In this document: positions 1 through 13,896 of the stretch, in pieces
How positions within the stretch are numbered: the first letter of the stretch is position 1
How the letters are laid out: each line of letters starts with the position of its first letter
Assembly: GCA_021613535.1 (NCBI GenBank)
Contig: CP075495.1
Location: forward strand, 3,038,001 to 3,102,000
Length of the DNA stretch: 64,000 bases
Direction of reading: 5' to 3'
From: Adineta vaga
Lineage: Eukaryota; Animalia; Rotifera
Made by a program: the position numbers and the translations under genes
Notes under the pieces: model-generated
What the model saw: only the letters and a program-made list of their open reading frames with translations
Databases searched by the model: none
What the model was told of the DNA's origin: nothing

Positions 1-39
1 TATTCATGTAATGATCAGAACTTATTTTTTTAAATCTAG

Positions 40-1791
40 GATCCTGCTGCTCGTGGTGGACTACTCAATAAACTTGCTGATCTTATTGAACGTGATCAAG
101 CATATCTTGCAGCTTTAGAAACATTCAATAATGGCAAACCATTCAAAGATTCATATAATATCGATATTCCACATTGTATTTCGGTTCTTCGGTAGTCAAC
201 ATATTTAACTTCATTTTCGTTATTAATATGTCGTTTCGTATATTAGATACTATGCCGGATGGCCAGACAAAATGAATGGCAAAGTTTTACCTGTTGCTGG
301 TGATTTCTTTTCATATACCCGACGTGAACCTGTTGGTATTGTTGGTCAAATTATACCAGTAAGAAAAGAAGAATTTGATAGATTGTTTTCAAGAATATTT
401 CTAATGATCTATTTCAGTGGAACTTTCCAATGATTTTACTCTGTTGGAAAATTGGCCCCTCGGTCGCAGCTGGTTGTACAACAGTTATTAAACTTGATGA
501 ACATACACCCTTAACTGGACTTTATACAGCAAAATTGATTGAAGAAGCTGGTTTTCCACCAGTTTGTATTTTGTTTTTGAATGCAAATCTTGCCACTAAC
601 AATTTGTTCATTGATTCTTCAAGGGTGTTATCAATATTATTTCTGGAGATGGACCACATTGTGGAGCATCACTTGTTAAACATCCTGATGTTAATAAAAT
701 TGCATTTACTGGTTCGACACAAGTTGGTAAAATTATTGGAGCAGAAACTGCCAAAATGGTGAAACGAACAACACTTGAACTTGGTGGAAAATCGCCAAAT
801 CTTGTCTTTGCTGATTGTGATCGTATGTCTTCTATTTTTTATTCTATGTAATATTTGTAGCATATCGATATCGTTTTTAGTTGATACGGCCGTTGAAATG
901 TCACACTTTGCATTATTCTTCAATCAAGGTCAATGCTGTTGTGGTACGTTTGAATTGTTTGTTTGCTTTTGTGATTGATAGAAACACTAATTAAATGTCT
1001 GATTTAGCTGGATCACGTACTTATGTTGAAGAAAAGATTTATGACGAATTTGTTCAACGAAGTATTGAACGTACAAAACGACGAAAAGTTGGTGATCCAT
1101 TTGATGAAAGTACTGAACAAGGACCACAAGTAAATAGACGAAATGAATTGACATTATAGTGAAACGAAAACAATAATTTATTTTATTTCCAGATTAGTCA
1201 TGAACAAATGGACAAAATTTTAGATTTAATTGAATCAGGCAAAAGAGCTGGTGCGAAATTACTTACTGGTGGTCAACGAGAAGGCGACAAAGGATTCTTT
1301 GTTCAACCAACACTTTTTGCTGATGTTAAAGATGATCATCGTATTGCTCGTGAAGAAGTAATTTGTCTTCTTTTTTCTTTTAATATTTCAAATGATTTGA
1401 TTTTATATACTTAAAATGATAGATTTTTGGACCAGTCATGCAAATTTTGAAATTCAAATCAATTGAAGAAGTCATCGAACGTGCTAATGATACAGATTAT
1501 GGTTTAGCTGCTAGTGTTTTTACAAAAGATTTAGATAAAGCAATTGTTGTTAGCAATGGTCTTCGAGCTGGTTCAGTTTGGGTCAATACTTATGATAACT
1601 TTGATCCTGTTGCACCATTTGGAGGATTCAAACAAAGTGGTCTCGGACGTGAAAAGAGTGAATATGCTCTTGATTCCTATACCGAAACTAAATGTGTATG
1701 TATTATCGATATAATGATGAAATATATATACATGTATAATATTAATTATTTGTTTTAGGTAACAATTAAGATTTCAGAAAGAAATTCATAA
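40..1791 (+). CDS. Aldehyde dehydrogenase, ALDH1/ALDH2 family (5' part lies upstream of the window)
   Basis: Exons 40-191, 247-358, 418-561, 624-822, 881-943, 1008-1129, 1193-1357, 1423-1695, 1759-1791, all GT-AG and in frame. Motifs: [26 protein letters not shown], catalytic [29 protein letters not shown]-terminus [10 protein letters not shown] resembles the ALDH1/2 end. Confidence 0.95.
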
Positions 1792-2117
1792 TTAACTAGA
1801 TGAAAAAAATGTGTCAATATCATCAATGAAATTATTTTGATTCAAAAAAAGCACATTTCTTCATATTTTCATCATGATATTTTTTTTGTATATCATCGCA
1901 GTTCCTAGTTTATCCTTTGATTTTATTATAACGTAGCTTCTTGTCCGATTTATAACTGAAAGAAAACATTATTTGAAAAATAAACAAACAACATACATAA
2001 ATATATTTCTCATTACTTAAATCAAAATGAGTTATCATACGATGAAGACAATTGAAATAAATCTTTATTATTCTGAAAATAATCTCGAAGATCTTGTTGA
2101 TAAAGAAAGGATAGAGC

Positions 2118-2142
2118 GAGAGAGAGAGAGAGAGAGAGAGAG
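2118..2142. repeat. (GA)n microsatellite
   Basis: Directly visible gagaga tract. Similar (GA)n and (TA)n tracts occur near 4003-4023, 7979-8001, 10277-10297 and 24547-24571. Confidence 0.9.
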
Positions 2143-5100
2143 ATAACTTTTGTTAAATTTGAAACAAACCATTGATGTGCGGGTGTCATACGGAATTTAA
2201 CACATTCTGCGATTGTTGATCGACCATTCTCTATATATCACCCTCGTGTATCATTAGAACTTTCAATTCTTCAGTTAATTCTGATTGTCGAGCAAGTAAA
2301 TTCAGATAGGACTGTTGTTGTAGAACATTCATTTTATTCACTTCAAGACCAAAAAGTGTATTTCGTAACTTTTTTTGATTATTTCAAATGCCAAATCGTG
2401 CTTCCCCACAACATTGATTGGGATCTCCAGAAATCATCGGGCATATTTTTGGAACCGATCGTTTCCGGAGCGTAGTTCTGTACATTAGCTACGATTACCA
2501 TAGATCAGTCAATATATAAATATTAGTTAGAATGAACAAATACTATCGTTCTTCGAATATTTTTATACGCAACTTGTATATATACATATGAATATTAAAA
2601 ATGTCTGAACTTATTCGTTAGAGACAGGAAAAATTAAGATGAAACACACATGTCGAGTTGATACAGTTTTTTCTTTATCCGTCTAATAGAATATAAATGA
2701 ATCATTTTTAAATAAAAATAACTTATTATTAAATGATGTGTTTTAACTGAAAATAAGAAAAAAGTCTTGAATGAATTGTTACTAACAATTGACTTTCACA
2801 TGCTTCTGTGTTTAATGCAAGGTATTATAATAGTGAATATCAAGTGGTTGCGGAGCCATTTTGTCAAAAAAGGTAAAATCTTAAAGAACGATAGAGAAAA
2901 TCGGTAAACAAAAGTTTAATCCAAAAGATTATTGAAAAAAACATTGAAACAAATTATCTATTGTTTTTCTCACATTCGACTCAACAATGTGCACATGAAT
3001 AGTTATTTTATTAAATGACCGACTAAATAATGTATATAAAACAGTTCAATTAATATTTTAATTAAATATATCAGACAAGATTGATTGTTTATTTTTTCCT
3101 CTTGCAATCATCTTCATTTCGAATAACAAATTTCAGTATGCTGAATAAGAAGATAGTTTATTTGGTATGGAATTGATTGACGAATTTTATTTTCTAAGAG
3201 TTTTTTGTGAACTAAACTATCGCTCATAGAACAAATGAACGTCCGCATTATTCTATGAATCACGAGCAAATATAACTCTTGCTTTGCTTTGCTTTGTACT
3301 TAAATAAATTTCACTTTATCAAGAATAAATAAGCATAAGCATGGTTAATAAGGATCTATTGGTCCAATAATATCTACGAAATATTTGTTTTTCCGATGAT
3401 AGGATCAACTAATGTTATTCATAGTATTTTATTATAATATGAAAATGATGCTTTCGAAATAATAACGTTTTATCTTCAGAATAGTTTAGTCAAAATAAGA
3501 AGTAAAAACAATGTGTTAAGAATCGACATTTGAGCAATACCAAGCGGAATAGAACATCCCGTAAACTTTGATTTTAATGTAATACAAAGATATGTCTTAG
3601 ATCATATCACTTTGAAAATACAATGACAGTTTTGCTAACAAAAATCAAATCTTTCGATTTGTCTGTAAAGCATATATTCAGTACAATTCATAAAAAATAA
3701 CAACCAACAGATATCAAAGATATAAGTTAATTGATAAATAATGTTGCAACTAATTAGATAATTTAATTCAACTGGTAATCAACCTTCGAATAGAAGGTTA
3801 CGAGACATATCACTATACCTAATGAACCGTTTAGAATTTCGATAACTTACTTCGATGTTTACGTTACTATATCATCAGAAAAAGAAAGGTAAATGGCATT
3901 AATCTTGTCTATCATAATCATAGAGAAAGCAATTGTCCTCTCTAAAATGCAGATTTATCTTCATAAAAAACTCATCAACATGTACTTAAAAAGACAATAT
4001 TCATATATATATATATATATATATTGAGAAAGAGATTTCTTTCTCTTGTTTTTTATATTGAGATATTACAATCATGAATCAATTATTATTCGTATCGAAT
4101 CACTTGATCTAGCGTTGAAATTTTTTCGATAACCTTATTTACAAAATGTCATCAATAATCAAAACTTTCGCTCTCAACTACACACGCAATAGAAACACAA
4201 ACCATTTTCTCACGTATTCGAGATCAACTATTCTATTTTTAAAACAAATACTTAACATTCAACAAATTGCTACCGATCGAATAATATTTACTACAACTAA
4301 GTCAATGAAGCGAATAAAGCAAAGAAAATCTCATTTAATCACAAATGACATATGAAAAAAGAAGATAAATTGAAGAGATTAATTATAATAGTATACAAGA
4401 GAAAATATTTTGATTTGTTTTTTTTTTCTTCTTCCCTTCTTACTCAATATGAGAGACGAATCTATGACTAATTCTTCCAAATAGAATAAATATACCATAT
4501 CATAATTAATACAAATACAGTAACGTAAAATTGGAGGGAAAAAGTAACGACTGATATTATCACTTTTAAATGAGTATATATGAATGTGTATTTTTGACTT
4601 TCGTTTTTTGTTTGGACAGACAACGAGAAAGTCTGTCTAATTAAGCACGAGTTTGCAATCATTTTTTTTTATCCGGATGAGATTAAAAAGAAGACAAAGA
4701 GAAGAATCTCGCACACTCTTCTCGACTTCTAATCCTTTATGAGTAGAAGTACACGTATACCCACGTAACTATCAATTGAGTATATGTTGAAACACCTTTT
4801 TTCGCTCTCGTCTTTACTCACCGTTCGCTCGCCTCTCGTTCCCTCTTTTTCTGCTTGTTTGTAAGCATGACTTAATCACTCGTTCATAGCTCGCTTCGTT
4901 CATATATGTATATATATATACATATATCGAGTAAAAAAGAACCTTGTCCTCAACCCTTCGACATCATCCAATACATTGATCAGTTATTACATATTAAACC
5001 ATCAACATGAGTAAAACGAACGACGTAAAAGAACAAGAAGAAATGAGATGGATGAGTGAGCGAGAACGAAGAAGAAATAGATAGAGTCGAAATGAAAACG

Positions 5101-5235
5101 AATGAGAAGTAAAATACACATATAACAGAAGGTTAAAATCAATCGTTGATTTTTCTTGAGATTATACTTGTTCATTGCTCATCAACATGCTTTTCCTGAA
5201 TACGTATGCCTAAAATAGAAGGAAAATTATCAACA

Positions 5236-6663
5236 ATGTCACGTGCTACAACTCCTGCTGTAACAACTGCTCATAGTGAACGTAAGTTCTTTGTTTTTCT
5301 TGTATGTAATTGTTAGACATAAAGATGAAGAAGAAGAAAAAAAGAAGATCATAAAAATGAAGCAGACTTGTGCACCAGGTTTATTGTATGTTTGCTTGCG
5401 ATAGCATATATACTTTTTCTTCTTTACCTATTGAAATGTCTACTATTTGTTCGTCGACAGAGTTTAGTAATCTAATTTTGATATAATGTATAAAAGATAG
5501 GATGTCAACGACGACAACACTACATCGTGCAGGTATTCTTTCAAGGAAATGTAGACAAAAAAAATGAGAGAGAGAGAGAGAAAACGAGCAAATCTCTATT
5601 GATTGATTTGCTTCATTGATTACTTTTCTATTGAATACATATATAAATATATAAATATATATATTTAGAATCATTGGGGCCTAATTTAAAAACGCGTCTC
5701 GAAGCACTTGAAGCTGCTATGGGTGTTCGATTGAATGTAGCCAAACGACAAGGACGACAATCATTGTCAAATAGTAAGTATAATTATCGATGGAAGAAAC
5801 AGATTTCTTCATATATTTTTCTTCTTTTCAATCTATTTACAGCCACAAGTTTGTCACCAATGCAAATTTCTCCAACGTCAACATCATCATCATCAATAGG
5901 AATGAGTACCACAACTACGACATCACTTTCAACGTCATCTCGTCATAATATTCCTTCACGATCTGGTCAAGGAGTACAACGATCAGCTTCTTCATGTGAC
6001 ACAGAAAATCGTCCTGGACCAGTAAAACGTCTTAAACCTTCCTTAACTCTTGAAAATTCTTCATCATCATCAACAGCAACAGCTATTGCTACTATAAAAA
6101 AATATACACCACCTGCTCGTCGACCACTACCAACCATGATCGCTCCTGTTCGTTCAATACCACCAAAACCAGCTCCTCTAACAAAACAACGTTCATCTCC
6201 TATGGAAACAGCATCATTACGTTCATCACGTACATCAACAACAAATACTATGAATTCAAATTATCAAACATTAGTTCGTCTTTCGTCGACAACATCTCAT
6301 TCATTTTCTACATCAGCAACAAAACAAATCTTAATTAAATCTGCATCTTCATCTCCACCACCACCTCCAGCACGTCCAGCAACATTTCCACGTACACAAC
6401 GATTACCAATATTCGGTGAACAATTTTCCGATGATATTCTCAAAACAAATCTTTTATGGATTCATTTAAATGAACTTGATGATGAAGGTCATACTGAAGT
6501 TTTGATACAATTTGGTTCCATAGAAAATTTCCTTCGTGAACAACAATCATTTTTAGCTAAACAACGACAATCAAAATTATCTGCAAGAATAAAAACAACT
6601 GCAAATCGACCACGTTTATCATCATTATTACTATCGAAAAAAGATCGTTTAGAACTGCTGTAA
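5236..6663 (+). CDS. Ser/Thr/Pro-rich, largely disordered protein of unknown function; possibly the N-terminal part of the downstream Kv-like gene
   Basis: ATG at 5236. Exons 5236-5281, 5669-5773 and 5843-6663 join in frame via GT-AG introns (MSRATTPAVTT...QSLGPNLKTRLE...). Long open frame. The stop TAA at 6661-6663 overlaps a GTAAAT donor-like site. Confidence 0.75.
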
Positions 6664-6796
6664 ATAAATCTAAAAAAGAAAAATTTCCCTCCGGTGTTCA
6701 TTTTCATCTTCTTGTCGTCAAATATATCCCTATGTGTTTTGTTTTTGTTTGTTTGTTTGTTTTTTTGTTGTAAATAAATTGTATCATAAATCTTAG

Positions 6797-7978
6797 CGCC
6801 AAACATTCATTGGATACCTTCATGGACAATATTCTTATATTAAATCTATTAGGTAAACGATTTCCTATTCCATCAAGATTAGTTCTTCAATATCCACAAA
6901 CTTTACTTGGTAATCAACAATTACTTTCCAAACATTATCGTCATGAACGAAATGATTACTATTTCGAACGAAATCCATTATTATTTCCATATATTTTTAC
7001 ATATTATACATTAGATAAGAAAATTTTTTGTCCACATCATATTCCACTAGAATTATTGAAACATGAATGTGATTTTTTTCAATTAACTCATTCAAAAATC
7101 TATCGAGAAATCAATCGAATAGAAACTTATCATTATTTCTCACGAAATCTTCAATCTAACAAGCATTTTTTTATTGATATTGTTTCTTTGCTTACTGGTC
7201 TCTCATTTCTAATAACAACAAGTATGGAACGATTAGATAATTCATCTTCTTATTCATCTTGGCCATTCATCTATTTTTTGGAATTATTTAGTACACTTTT
7301 CTTAACTAGTACTGTTGCTTATCAAATGATTTTTTCTCAAGATATTTGTCGAAGAAAATCTTTTCTAATCGATTTCTTCTGTTCTATACTAAGTATAATT
7401 TTAATTACTCTACGAAATTTCATAATCATTACTACTCATCATTGGATATATATTCTCATTCTTGTATTTAAAATTTTACGTCTAATGATTGTTATTGTTC
7501 ATTTACGATTATTAAGATTAATTATTCGAACATTTATTCAACGGTAAAGAGGTTAAATGAGAAATAGAACAATACATTCTTTGTTGATTTTTAGATTTGA
7601 AACAATTTTTATCTTAGTTTTTCTCAATATTATTCTTGTCGGTTCATTTAGTGAACTTGCCTTTGCATTTGAACGACGACAATTAGAAGATCAAACAAAT
7701 CATGCAACAATGAAAACTCATTTCGATGCTTTCTGGTGGGCAACTTCACTAAGGTCAGTTACAGCTAGTTGATCGATTTAATTGATCGATCAATAAATCC
7801 TTCCTGTAGTTTTACCATTGGTTTTGGACATACAGATGCTCATTCAACATTAACAACAATAGGAAGATTTTGTAGTTATATGTTGACATTTTTCGGTCTG
7901 CTTTTTAATGGTCTCATATTACAAGAATTAATTAAAGGATTTCTAAAATTATATCGAGAAGACAGACGAGATCAGTGA
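6797..7978 (+). CDS. Divergent voltage-gated potassium channel (Kv)-type subunit: T1/BTB domain plus six TM segments and pore
   Basis: Exons 6797 (or ATG 6822)-7543, 7595-7753, 7810-7978. T1 motifs YPQTLLG, YYFERNPLLFPYIFTYY and ECDFFQL. Pore helix and filter DAFWWATSLSFTIGFGH, followed by TTIGRFCSYMLTFFGLL (S6). Confidence 0.85.
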
Positions 7979-10900
7979 ATATATATATATATATATATAT
8001 ATTGATACTTATTGAATGAACATAATCACTAAAGTATCGAATCAGATATCAAGCGAATTCATCCAAAGATATTCAATATGATTTATTGAAAATCGTTCAT
8101 CTTTAATTATATACATTCATCTGCACGTAATAATTCGATTAGAAATCAAATTTCATTTAATAATAATGATGATGATGATGTTCACTTTCTTTGGTATGTC
8201 GAAATTGATTTATTTATTCTTCATATCATCTTACACGAGTATAGAGAGACAGAAGTAAACAATACTATTAGTCAAAAATGCCCTTTTCCGATAATGTCCA
8301 TTAAGATTCATTCTCATTCACATCGTCATCATCATCACTGGACTCCATCAATAAGCTTACCGCCTTGGCCAAATGACACGACAGTTTTCTATTATCTCTT
8401 TCTATCAGGCGGGGTCAGTTGTCGAGCAGGAAAAGAAATGACGAAAAAAGAATTCATTTCCTCTATAGAGTGCTGTCTTTCATTCTTTCTTTCTTTCTTT
8501 CTTTCTGTCTGTCTTTTTTTTATATTTCTTCTGTCCACTACAATTATCTATTTGTATTGATGCCATCGGAAATCCTCTCAAATGGTCGATGCGCATCTGT
8601 AGAATCAATTGTATCTCGTGCAGACATCGACTATACATTTTTAATTTCTACATATATATATGTCTTCTCTTGAACAGATGTGTCTCGCTTTCTCTGCCGT
8701 CGACACAATGTTGTTGATAATGGTCATCGCGTTCTCGTTATCTCTTCAGGGACGATGAAGATGAAGAGAAAGAAATTAAACGTTGATAGCATTTGTTGAA
8801 CATCATCTCTTTTTCTTCTCGTCTTGTTGTCTGCCAGTGTGAGAGAATACGAATGGTACAATTAGAATATGATTGTGAAAAAAAATGACAGTAGACTTTC
8901 TTTCTCTCTCTCTCTTTCGCTTTCGCTTTCTGCTCTCGTCTCATAAATTGTAGTGAATAGGAAGAGAAAAGAATATGTAAACGAGCAGAAAGAGAGAAAC
9001 AGAAAGAGAGAGAATGAGAAGAGTTGTCTTGTTACAGATTCTTCTTCTTCTTCTCATTTCATATTATATTGCAGATTCCCTTATTAACATCGACTTTTAG
9101 TTTTTTTTTATGTCATACTTAGTCCAATTTCTCATGTCACCAATCTGCTGCCATTTTATCAAGAGACAGTTAGACTAAGAGAGAGAGAGAAAGAGAGAAT
9201 TGCTTGTCTACAATTTGACAAATCTTACTATTTCTAATATAGAAATGTAAAAAGCAAAAGTGTTCTTTAAAGTTAATAGGTATTCATTCGACATTGTTCC
9301 ATTTTGATGATTGGAAATGAATTACTTTTCATCTTGCTCGACATGTCCTTCGCTTTCTTTTTTTTAGAACTTTAACGATCGTTGTCTATACGTCTCCTCG
9401 TTCGACCTCCTGACGATCACTTTCATACTTTACAATGCCAGGTTTGGCACGTCGATTACTAGGCAAAAGTAAGTGAACTTAGATTGAATTACTATATTGA
9501 AAACAAAGAGAAAAAAGTTATTAGTGCACATAATGCTAAGAAATTAGTTAGACTTCACTTGTTCATTACTATTCGAACTCAAATGACTTGTTCATGCTCG
9601 AATTAAAACGAGAAAAAAAGAGAGGATGAAGAGCGAACAAAGTTAATCATCCTGCTGGTTGGTGAACAGATGCATGCACATGTAGTATATAGAGAAGTTT
9701 AATCTTCATCTAAGAATAACAAAAACTATGAGCATGCAATAGTTTATATATGTATGTGAGACATGAAAGATGCTTCTGATAAATAAGATATTCATTTGAA
9801 AATTATAAATAGAAATCAAAGATCATAGTTCATACTTCCGTGATATAAGAACAAAAAAGAAAGAACGACTAGTAATTAATTGTCATTGAAAGAAATCTTT
9901 TTTTTCGTCAAATACAAAATGAAAACAATTATTAGGAAGTATTTATGTCATTTGCAATAATTGAACATTTGCGAGTCGATACGTAACAATATAGAAGCAT
10001 CGATGTACATATATATACTTCTGTGTACTTGCATTCTTTATTTGATGTAACATCGAAAATGACAGAAATTAGACCTTCATATGACATATATATATATACT
10101 TTCTCTCACTACTCTATCCAACCGAATGGTTGACGTAACTATCCCACGCATTCTCATACGCCTATTCATATATATATACTCATATTGCTCGCTTTGGACG
10201 ACAGTTGCTGATGATGATAATGATGGTGGTCATAGTAGTAGTAGTAGTAGTAGTAGTAATAATGATTGCATAGACGTATATATATATATATATATATGTA
10301 TGCCATCAGCAAGTACTTTATCGAGTTGAGTGAGATGATGCATCTGTACACATGCGCCAGGTCATCATTGAAGTGCTAGTGGGCAAAAAATTAGTTAGTA
10401 ACAAATCAATTATATTCCCTCATGAGAGTCTGTATATCTCTGACAATCTATTGAATCATCACGTTTTTTTATCCTTTTCGAGGTCAAAGAATAACTCGAT
10501 GTCTGGTGTCAAATTTAATTGCGATCAAAGATTTGTCAGTACTATTAGATATCTAAACATGATTTTTCATCTGTCATTTATGTTAACACTTAGTCATGCG
10601 CTCGTCAACCTTGTATTTATTTAGATATGATCTTTCTTTCATTCATTCATTATATTTTACAAAAAGAAAAGTTCTGTCGGATGTTCTCTGAAGTTTGGTC
10701 AATTAGGGAAAGAGTTGAGATCATGTTAAGCACTAACACACATGTTCATGCTTTTTTCAAAAATTAGATTTTTCTTTTTTCTCATCTGATCCGAACAAGA
10801 AATACAAAGAGTGAGAGAGAGAAAGAGGACACGTTCAAATATTTTTCTTTCTTATCCTGCTGTTGTTGCTACATCTACTAATCATCATTATATACGACTG

Positions 10901-11599
10901 ACCTCGATTTAATTCGTATTAGAACGAACGAGAACGTGTAGACAATCGTCTGAGTGAAAAGTAATTTCATTCAACTACATTTATTGAATAGAAAAAAAGG
11001 TAAAACTTCATTGATCCAGGTTTGTCAGATGATGATACGGAAATACGCAGATATATTTGACTGGAAATTTTTCTCTTCCGTTTAATTGCATGTTGATAAT
11101 AACACAAAGTTCGATCTAAAGGGGAGACTTCACAGTATGTAGACAAGGAAAAGTCTATGTCTCGACGAGAGCAAATAAACTTGATTATCTACTCGTTGCT
11201 ATTATGCATTAGATAATGATAATTATCAAGTGTTTTTCTCTGTTTTTCACACTTCTCGAGATAATCGATGGGAAGACGTCATAAGTAATTGTATTCTCTT
11301 GTCATCATATTCTTTGTTTTTTTGATGAATGAATGTTCAAGGTGACGTGTGCATTGGTGTGAAATACACGTACATCTAACATGGTATTTTCTTTCTATCC
11401 CTATGAATTTATTTAGCGTTGGTATCTAACGATCAAATATAAAAACGAAGAAGAAGGAGAAGAAGAAGAAGAAAAAAATGAGAAACACTGGTCGACGCGT
11501 GACGGTAAAGCCGTACGATGTTCTTTCTATTCTCTCTTTCTCCATCTTTCCTTTCAAGCAGCAGATATTTCGAAGAGCAGCAGTAGTAGTATTATCATC

Positions 11600-13896
11600 A
11601 TGTTGTTAAGACGATTTTTTGAACGAGCACGTACTCGTTCGTCCAGTGATACAAATAAACGTGAGAATGATTTTCACCTGTTTGAAAAAAGCTTTCCTTC
11701 TCAATTACTAATCTATTCTTTTTCTCTGTCCATCTAGAAACATGTCTATGTACAACAGCAAAACGCGATTCAGTCTATGATGATTTACCTCCAACGTTAA
11801 ATAAAACATTCGATCATCCATCTGTAGATCATTATGGATTTCTTCGTACAGGTGAATTTCATGTTCTTCATTTTATTATCTCTGTCAATATTATATTATT
11901 GAGATCATATCATGATCCTAACTATATCAATAAATAGACTAGAAGACAACATCTGTGTTTATTTAGATAAACCACGACGATTAATTCGTCAAGCAAATAC
12001 GGATGAATCTGATGGTGAAGATGATATGAGTATTCGAGAGAAATTACGCCGTGCATCATCACAATCACCAGCTAATATTCCGATGTTAGTTGTCGTGACA
12101 TTCAATCCTGATGCTAAAGGTTTACAAAAAAAACAAATCGAAATTCAACGAGGTGAATATATAATAACTCCTTGAACTATCTTAAAAAAATTTTTTACCA
12201 ATGAATTTCTCTTTAGGATTTCCTGTTAATGCTCAATTCATTGTAAATGAATGGTTATTTGTTAAAACAGCTGATAATGAAGAAGGATTCGTTCCCTATG
12301 TATGTTGTCGACCAATTTTACGTCGTCAATCAGTAAAACATTCGAATGAAATTGAAAATTTCTACAAACCATATGATTTTGAATCAAATAAAACTCGTCA
12401 AACAAAATCTCCATCAACTAGTATTCAAACTAGTACACCACCGACAACAAAAAAATTTTCTTTCGTTTCAAGTCTTGGTTCACAATCATTCTTATGTCAA
12501 AATTCATTTTCATGTAAAAAACGTCAAGATATTACTTCTTCATCATGTGGTGGTGATTCAGGTTTTTCCGATTGTGAATCATCTTCACATAATCAACATC
12601 AAAGTTTTGATTTATCCACACAACGTTATACACGTCTATCAAATATACGACCATTACGTTCATGTTCAAATACATTAAAAAAACAAGGTCAACTTATTCA
12701 AGATTTTTCAATAAAAAAATCAATCAAAACGAGTATATTAACATCGAAATCGGACGGTTCTCATCGATTGAAATCACAATTGTCAATTTCTAGTAACAGT
12801 GCATTTACACAATTCGTTAAAAAACATCCTAATCAGACACAACAACAAGACAGGTAGCTATTATTGCTCATCAAATGATTTACACTCGGCAGTTTTTTCT
12901 CTCTGCTATCGATGAATAAGAAAAAACTTGATGATAGTTACTTCAAAGTAAAAGAACATTACATGCATGTTTCTCTCGTAGTCTTTTGCCTATATAATCT
13001 TAACATCGATCTTCCTCTTAATTACTACTTGAACTTTTTACAGAATACTTATTATCGATCAAGAAAAAAAAAGTTAAATATAACTTGAACAAAACGACAA
13101 AGTCCTTAAATCTTAATCTTCCATCTCTAACATACATCTCTATGATTAGATATTACTAAATGATTTCTATGAATTTTTTCTTTTAACATATCTCTTTATA
13201 TCTAGTATTCAACGTCAAACATCCTATTCAAATACTCGATTATTTCAACAACAACAACCACCAGAACCATTATCAATATCCTCTTCAATTAGTAATCTTC
13301 GTCGTCCATATGACAGTTACGATGAAGCTACTCATTCCTCTTCACCATCATCGAAATGTCCAAGTTCCATTTCATCACCTTATATTCGTCGTACACCATT
13401 TGCACGACGTTCTTTACCCCATCATATTCAACCTGTATTAAAAAAATCATTAAAACCAATGTTATCTTCTTCCCCAGATCCATTTAAAATTCCAGGAAAA
13501 AAAGAACAACAATTACGAAATGTTGTTCTTGCTGAACCATCATTACCACCCGCTGTTATTCCATTAAAATCGTCTCTTGAAAGACATTTCTCCGATTTAA
13601 GTCTTAATCAAATTGAAAATGATTCATTAATTCCATCAACATCATCCGTATTTATACATAGTCGACCATCCTTATCATGTTCATCAGCAAGTACAACAAG
13701 TTCATCATCATCATCAACCGATGATAGTGCCACACCTTTTCTACATATTCAAATGAATCATCCAAGATGTGATGTTTTACATCGAGATGATTCAATTCCT
13801 CTTGTTTTTTCTACGACAAATAATATTAATAATTCAACATCAACAGGAACAACAAAATCATCGAGTTTTATTCATAATGTTTCGATAACTGTCTAA
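11600..13896 (+). CDS. Single-SH3-domain protein with long Ser-rich tail (SH3 resembles the Dlish/Vamana type)
   Basis: Exons 11600-11660, 11738-11851, 11967-12152, 12217-12853, 13206-13896 are in frame. SH3-like segment VVVTFNPDAKGLQKKQIEIQRGFPVNAQFIVNEWLFVKTADNEEGFVPYVCC carries the W and GFVP signatures. Confidence 0.75.

Noticed and set aside
5774-5842. Reading the 5674-6663 ORF as a single exon
   Set aside because: It contains a 69-nt stop-free GTAAGT...TACAG intron with a pyrimidine tract, and the likely start is the upstream ATG at 5236.
8294-10624. Short ORFs from the track (8294-8560, 8419-8673, 8738-8944, 10081-10329, 10166-10351, 10352-10624)
   Set aside because: Low-complexity translations of microsatellite or AT-rich intergenic DNA, with no motifs or coherent exon chain.
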